Positions 60,329 through 64,000 of a stretch of DNA of 64,000 nucleotides are shown here, piece after piece. The notes beneath the pieces were generated by a model. That model had not been told where the DNA came from. It did not search any database and saw only the letters and a program-made list of their open reading frames with translations. Position numbers and translations under genes: made by a program. The first letter of the stretch is position 1, and each line of letters starts with the position of its first letter. The stretch comes from Cenarchaeum sp. (lineage in GTDB: Archaea; Thermoproteota; Nitrososphaeria; Nitrososphaerales; Nitrosopumilaceae), in assembly GCA_965212015.1 (NCBI GenBank), contig OZ243037.1:32001-96000 (forward strand), in the 5' to 3' direction.

Positions 60329-63300
60329 ATGCAAAAGAGCATGCTGGTAGCAGCCTTCCTATTGCCATTGTTGGTTCTGATCCCCGTCTCGGCCTATGCG
60401 CAGGCCCAATCACCTCCTATTGGATTACTTTTTCCCACGGGCATGACCATATCCGACGACGGCACGGTGGTGTATATTGTAGATAATACCGGTATTGCCA
60501 GACTCGATCTCAGTAGCGCCTTTGATATAACCAGTGCCACCGTGAACCCGAGGGTGGGTATTCCCTCTGCCACGGCAGTTGATGTACAGGCCGCGGCGAT
60601 CTCTAATGCCGGCAACAGAATATTTCTTGGCACTAGTACCTTTACCGCGCCCGAGGTTGTCCAGGTGCCAGTTCGGTTAGATGGTTCGATTGCCACCCCG
60701 AGCAGTCCACCAAACTGCTGCGAATTCAGAACTAGCGGCATGACAATCTCTCGTGACGGCATGTGGCTAATAACCGGGGGTGATGGCAACGGTATCGCGT
60801 CATATGAGCTCGGAAACGCCTTTGACATAGCCAACGACGTTACTCAAAACAGCACGTCTGCCCAACCCGCGTCCTTCCACGGCGTGTCAATCTCCAATGA
60901 CGGCACGAGCCTGTTTACTATTTTTGGATCTACGGTCAACCAGTATGCACTGAGTACGCCCTATGTCGTGAGTAGTATCAACACAACGCCCGTTGATACT
61001 TTTGATATCGGGATAAGTGGTTTTACTGCACGCGACATTGACTTTTCATCTGACGGCAGGAACATGTATGTTTTGGATACCGGCAACGATCTCATCTACC
61101 AGTATACGTTCGCCGACCCCTTTACCCTGTTCATTGCACCGCCCACCCCTACAATCACCGCCAATGACGGGACGAACGACCTGGCAAACGGCGTCGCCAC
61201 GAGCTCTAATAGTTTAACATTTACCGTCCAATTCAGCGAGGATGTGACGGGATTTGCGGACACCGACATTGTCCTGTCGGGTACCGCAGACAGCGGCAAT
61301 CCACGGATAGTGGCGGGGTCCTTTACGGAGGTCAACGCAGCCCAGTACACGTTTGAAGTCATTCAGGGATTCAATGTCGGTACCGTAATCGTATCGATTG
61401 ACGCAGGCGCGGCACGCAGCGTATCGGGCGGTATCGACAGTTTGGCGGCCTTTCCATTTACCGCCATAATTGGGCCGGATAACACCCCGCCCACAGTTAC
61501 AATCTCTAGCACCCAGGTGACAGAAAGTAGCACCACGCGCTTGGTTACGGCCAATTTCACTGCGACATTCAGCGAGCCCATAATGGAAAGCACGTTTACC
61601 GCAGGTGACATTGATGCGAGTGGTGATTCCTCGTTACACACCGCAATGAATATCGAACGGGTGAATGACATCACGTATAACTTTCAGATAGTGCACTCTG
61701 CCGCGGATCAGAACATAAGCATATTCGTTCGTGGAAACTCGTTCGATGACGTGAATGGGAACGCCAACGAGGGGGCCTCTGAATCATTCCAGTACGACTT
61801 TGCAAACCCGCCGGATAACACCCCGCCCACAGTTACAATCTCTAGCACCCAGGTGACAGAAAGTACCGTCACGAACTTGGTTACGGCCAATTTCACTGCG
61901 ACATTCAGCGAGCCCATAATGGAAAGCACGTTTACCGCAGGTGACATTAGCGCGAGTGGTGATTCCTCGTCACACTCTGTGATGAATATCGAACGGGAGA
62001 ATGACATCACGTATGACTTTCAGATAGTGCACTCTGCCGCGGATCAGAACATAAGCATATTCGTTCTTTCAGGCTCGTTCGAGGACGTGAATGGGAACGC
62101 CAACGCGGCGGCCTCTGAATCATTCCAGTACGACTTTGCAAACGCGCCGGTTACCCCGCCCGCCGGTACCATGCCGCCCGTAATCATACTGCCGATAATA
62201 CAGTCACAGTACGTGATAAACGAGGAGCTCAGCCTGCAGTTCGGGCAGGTATCGGGCAGGCCGGCGGCCGAATTTACGTTCCCCGGCCGCCCGCAACTTG
62301 CAGCAATAACGAACACCGGCGCATTCAGCTGGACGCCAAACGCCGCAGGCACGTTCTCCTTTAACGTCACCGCCACAAATACCGGCGGCTCTGACACCGA
62401 GCCAATAATACTCCGCGTGGTGAATTCCATAACGCCCTTTGTCGCAGGCGAGCTCGTACCTGATGACATCTTTGATAGGCCGTTTGGTGACGCGCCTGCC
62501 GGCATACAATTCTCAAACGACGGGCTGCACATGTTCGTCCTGGAAAGTTCCGAAAACGACATTACCCGGTACACGACAATCACGCCGTTTGACTTTGCAA
62601 ACACGACATCTGACATCAACAGCGACATCACACGTGACTTTGAGTCTTCGGTACCGATGAGTGTTTTAGCAACGGATCTAGAGTTCTCAAACGACGGGCG
62701 CACCATGATTCTAATGGATTTATTTTCCGGCTTATTCTATGAATATGCCCTGGATGCGCCATATGTCCTGGATCCGCGCACGCAGGTAAACACGCACACG
62801 CCGGCCAATCTGGTGGGCGCCCCCAACGGATTCACCATTTCATCTGATGGCACAAAGCTGTTTATAGTGGAGGGTACGACCCCTGTCAGCAGCCGGGTCC
62901 ACGAGCACACGCTGGCAATCCCCTTTTCAGTCTCCGATGTGACATACGACAGATCCCTTAATTTGGGCAGTAATCCGGCCACGCCGCAGGACGTGGCATT
63001 TTACAACAGTACGGCCATGCTTATCGTAGGACCTGACGGTGCGTTGCACGAGTATGCCGTGGACTCCTCCTCCATATCGTACAGCGGCATCTCCCAAACG
63101 ATTCCCACCGTGGGTCCCAGCAGCATGGCAGTTGCTGATAACGGCCTGCACCTGTTTGTACTAGACGACACAATGGATGACATCTTTAGGTATTCCGTCG
63201 TCTCTGGCTCGTTTACGACGGAAATCGACAGCAATCCGCCGGGGGCGACTGCTGCTGACGGCATTGCATCGTTTAACGTCGAATTTGGCCGTTCGGTGAC

Positions 63301-64000
63301 CGGATTTGATCTGAGTGACATTACAATATCTAGCGTTGCACCTGACGGCACCGCCCTGTCTGCCGGCACCCACGTGCCGTCAAACCTTACCGGCTCCGGT
63401 GCCGAGTACGCCTTTGACGTGCTGCGCGGGGCAGACGATGCCACCATAACGGTGTCAATACCGGCAAACGCGGTGGGAGGCAACGAGGCATCGAATGCCT
63501 ATTCAATTGATCTGTCGCTGAATGTCATGATCGACTATACCTCGAGCTCCTCCATAACAAGATCGTTCAGCATGTCCGCAGACATTGATTTCTCAGGCAA
63601 CGGCGATGCGATATTTATAACAAATGACAACGGCAACCAGATACACCGGTATGCGCTTTCTACAAACTTTAACTCATCCACGGCGGCGACTACCATAGGT
63701 CCGGTATATACGATAACCCAGGACACCTCACCCCGTGCACTAGAGTTCTCGACTAACGGCCTAAAGATGTTCGTGCTGGGCCAAGTGGCTCGCGAGATAC
63801 TAGAGTACGATCTGTCCGGCGCCTTTGACATTACAAATCCCACCTATCTGGACGACAACCTGGACATCTCGGTTGCCGTTACCGGCGCGCAGGGAATAGA
63901 ATTCTCGCGCGACGGCACCCACCTGTATGTGATAGACAGCGGCGGCGGCGGCGGCCACATATATGACTTTCCGCTCGACGTCGCCTTTGACGTATCATCC
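60329..64000 (+). CDS. Giant secreted beta-propeller/Ig-like repeat surface protein, partial (>=1224 aa)
   Basis: Signal peptide MQKSMLVAAFLLPLLVLIPVSAYA; repeated FSxDGxxMFV...YxLxxPFD blades; Ig-like FTVQFSEDVTGF and TATFSEPI domains; frame still coding-like at the window end. Confidence 0.9.
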   Translation, partial: MQKSMLVAAFLLPLLVLIPVSAYAQAQSPPIGLLFPTGMTISDDGTVVYIVDNTGIARLDLSSAFDITSATVNPRVGIPSATAVDVQAAAISNAGNRIFLGTSTFTAPEVVQVPVRLDGSIATPSSPPNCCEFRTSGMTISRDGMWLITGGDGNGIASYELGNAFDIANDVTQNSTSAQPASFHGVSISNDGTSLFTIFGSTVNQYALSTPYVVSSINTTPVDTFDIGISGFTARDIDFSSDGRNMYVLDTGNDLIYQYTFADPFTLFIAPPTPTITANDGTNDLANGVATSSNSLTFTVQFSEDVTGFADTDIVLSGTADSGNPRIVAGSFTEVNAAQYTFEVIQGFNVGTVIVSIDAGAARSVSGGIDSLAAFPFTAIIGPDNTPPTVTISSTQVTESSTTRLVTANFTATFSEPIMESTFTAGDIDASGDSSLHTAMNIERVNDITYNFQIVHSAADQNISIFVRGNSFDDVNGNANEGASESFQYDFANPPDNTPPTVTISSTQVTESTVTNLVTANFTATFSEPIMESTFTAGDISASGDSSSHSVMNIERENDITYDFQIVHSAADQNISIFVLSGSFEDVNGNANAAASESFQYDFANAPVTPPAGTMPPVIILPIIQSQYVINEELSLQFGQVSGRPAAEFTFPGRPQLAAITNTGAFSWTPNAAGTFSFNVTATNTGGSDTEPIILRVVNSITPFVAGELVPDDIFDRPFGDAPAGIQFSNDGLHMFVLESSENDITRYTTITPFDFANTTSDINSDITRDFESSVPMSVLATDLEFSNDGRTMILMDLFSGLFYEYALDAPYVLDPRTQVNTHTPANLVGAPNGFTISSDGTKLFIVEGTTPVSSRVHEHTLAIPFSVSDVTYDRSLNLGSNPATPQDVAFYNSTAMLIVGPDGALHEYAVDSSSISYSGISQTIPTVGPSSMAVADNGLHLFVLDDTMDDIFRYSVVSGSFTTEIDSNPPGATAADGIASFNVEFGRSVTGFDLSDITISSVAPDGTALSAGTHVPSNLTGSGAEYAFDVLRGADDATITVSIPANAVGGNEASNAYSIDLSLNVMIDYTSSSSITRSFSMSADIDFSGNGDAIFITNDNGNQIHRYALSTNFNSSTAATTIGPVYTITQDTSPRALEFSTNGLKMFVLGQVAREILEYDLSGAFDITNPTYLDDNLDISVAVTGAQGIEFSRDGTHLYVIDSGGGGGHIYDFPLDVAFDVSS
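61475..62143 (+). repeat. Tandem 336-bp (112-aa) Ig-like domain duplication
   Basis: CCGGATAACACCCCGCCCACAGTTACAATC... at 61475 and 61811, near-identical DNA. Confidence 0.93.

Noticed and set aside
61475-62143. Diversity-generating retroelement template/variable repeat pair
   Set aside because: Both copies are in-frame tandem domains, differences are not adenine-specific, and no reverse transcriptase is present in the window.

Overview
Archaeal window from a GC-rich thaumarchaeote (Nitrososphaeria, Nitrosopumilaceae/Cenarchaeum-like). The lineage call rests on archaeal EF-2, Spt5, Rpp21, Cbf5, intron-containing tRNAs and thaumarchaeal-style small proteins; a sponge-symbiont lifestyle is only inferred, from a serpin fragment and a giant propeller/Ig surface protein. 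Most of the window is housekeeping: uvrBAC, EF-2, scpAB, glycosylases, AspRS, leuB, pckA, sod, ftsY, argF, ribosomal protein/secY cluster and ilvBH-leuA. Several AT-richer insertions and IS relics interrupt it. The top candidate novelty is an 83-nt tRNA gene (41323-41405) in an insertion between argF and rpl18. It has the archaeal tRNA-Leu identity set (14-nt variable arm with A47c/G47d, A73) but a UUC (Glu) anticodon, so it may be a natural Glu-to-Leu mistranslating tRNA. Also notable: a G11 tract between the TATA box and ATG of a >1200-aa surface protein (possible phase variation); a defence-like island (ABC ATPase plus frameshifted TOPRIM-like partner, TcmP/DUF5131 pair, RelBE with frameshifted toxin); and five copies or remnants of one IS5 element, whose decayed copy shows AT-to-GC drift and has spawned a 17-bp x9 tandem array. 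All calls were made by eye; no database searches were run.
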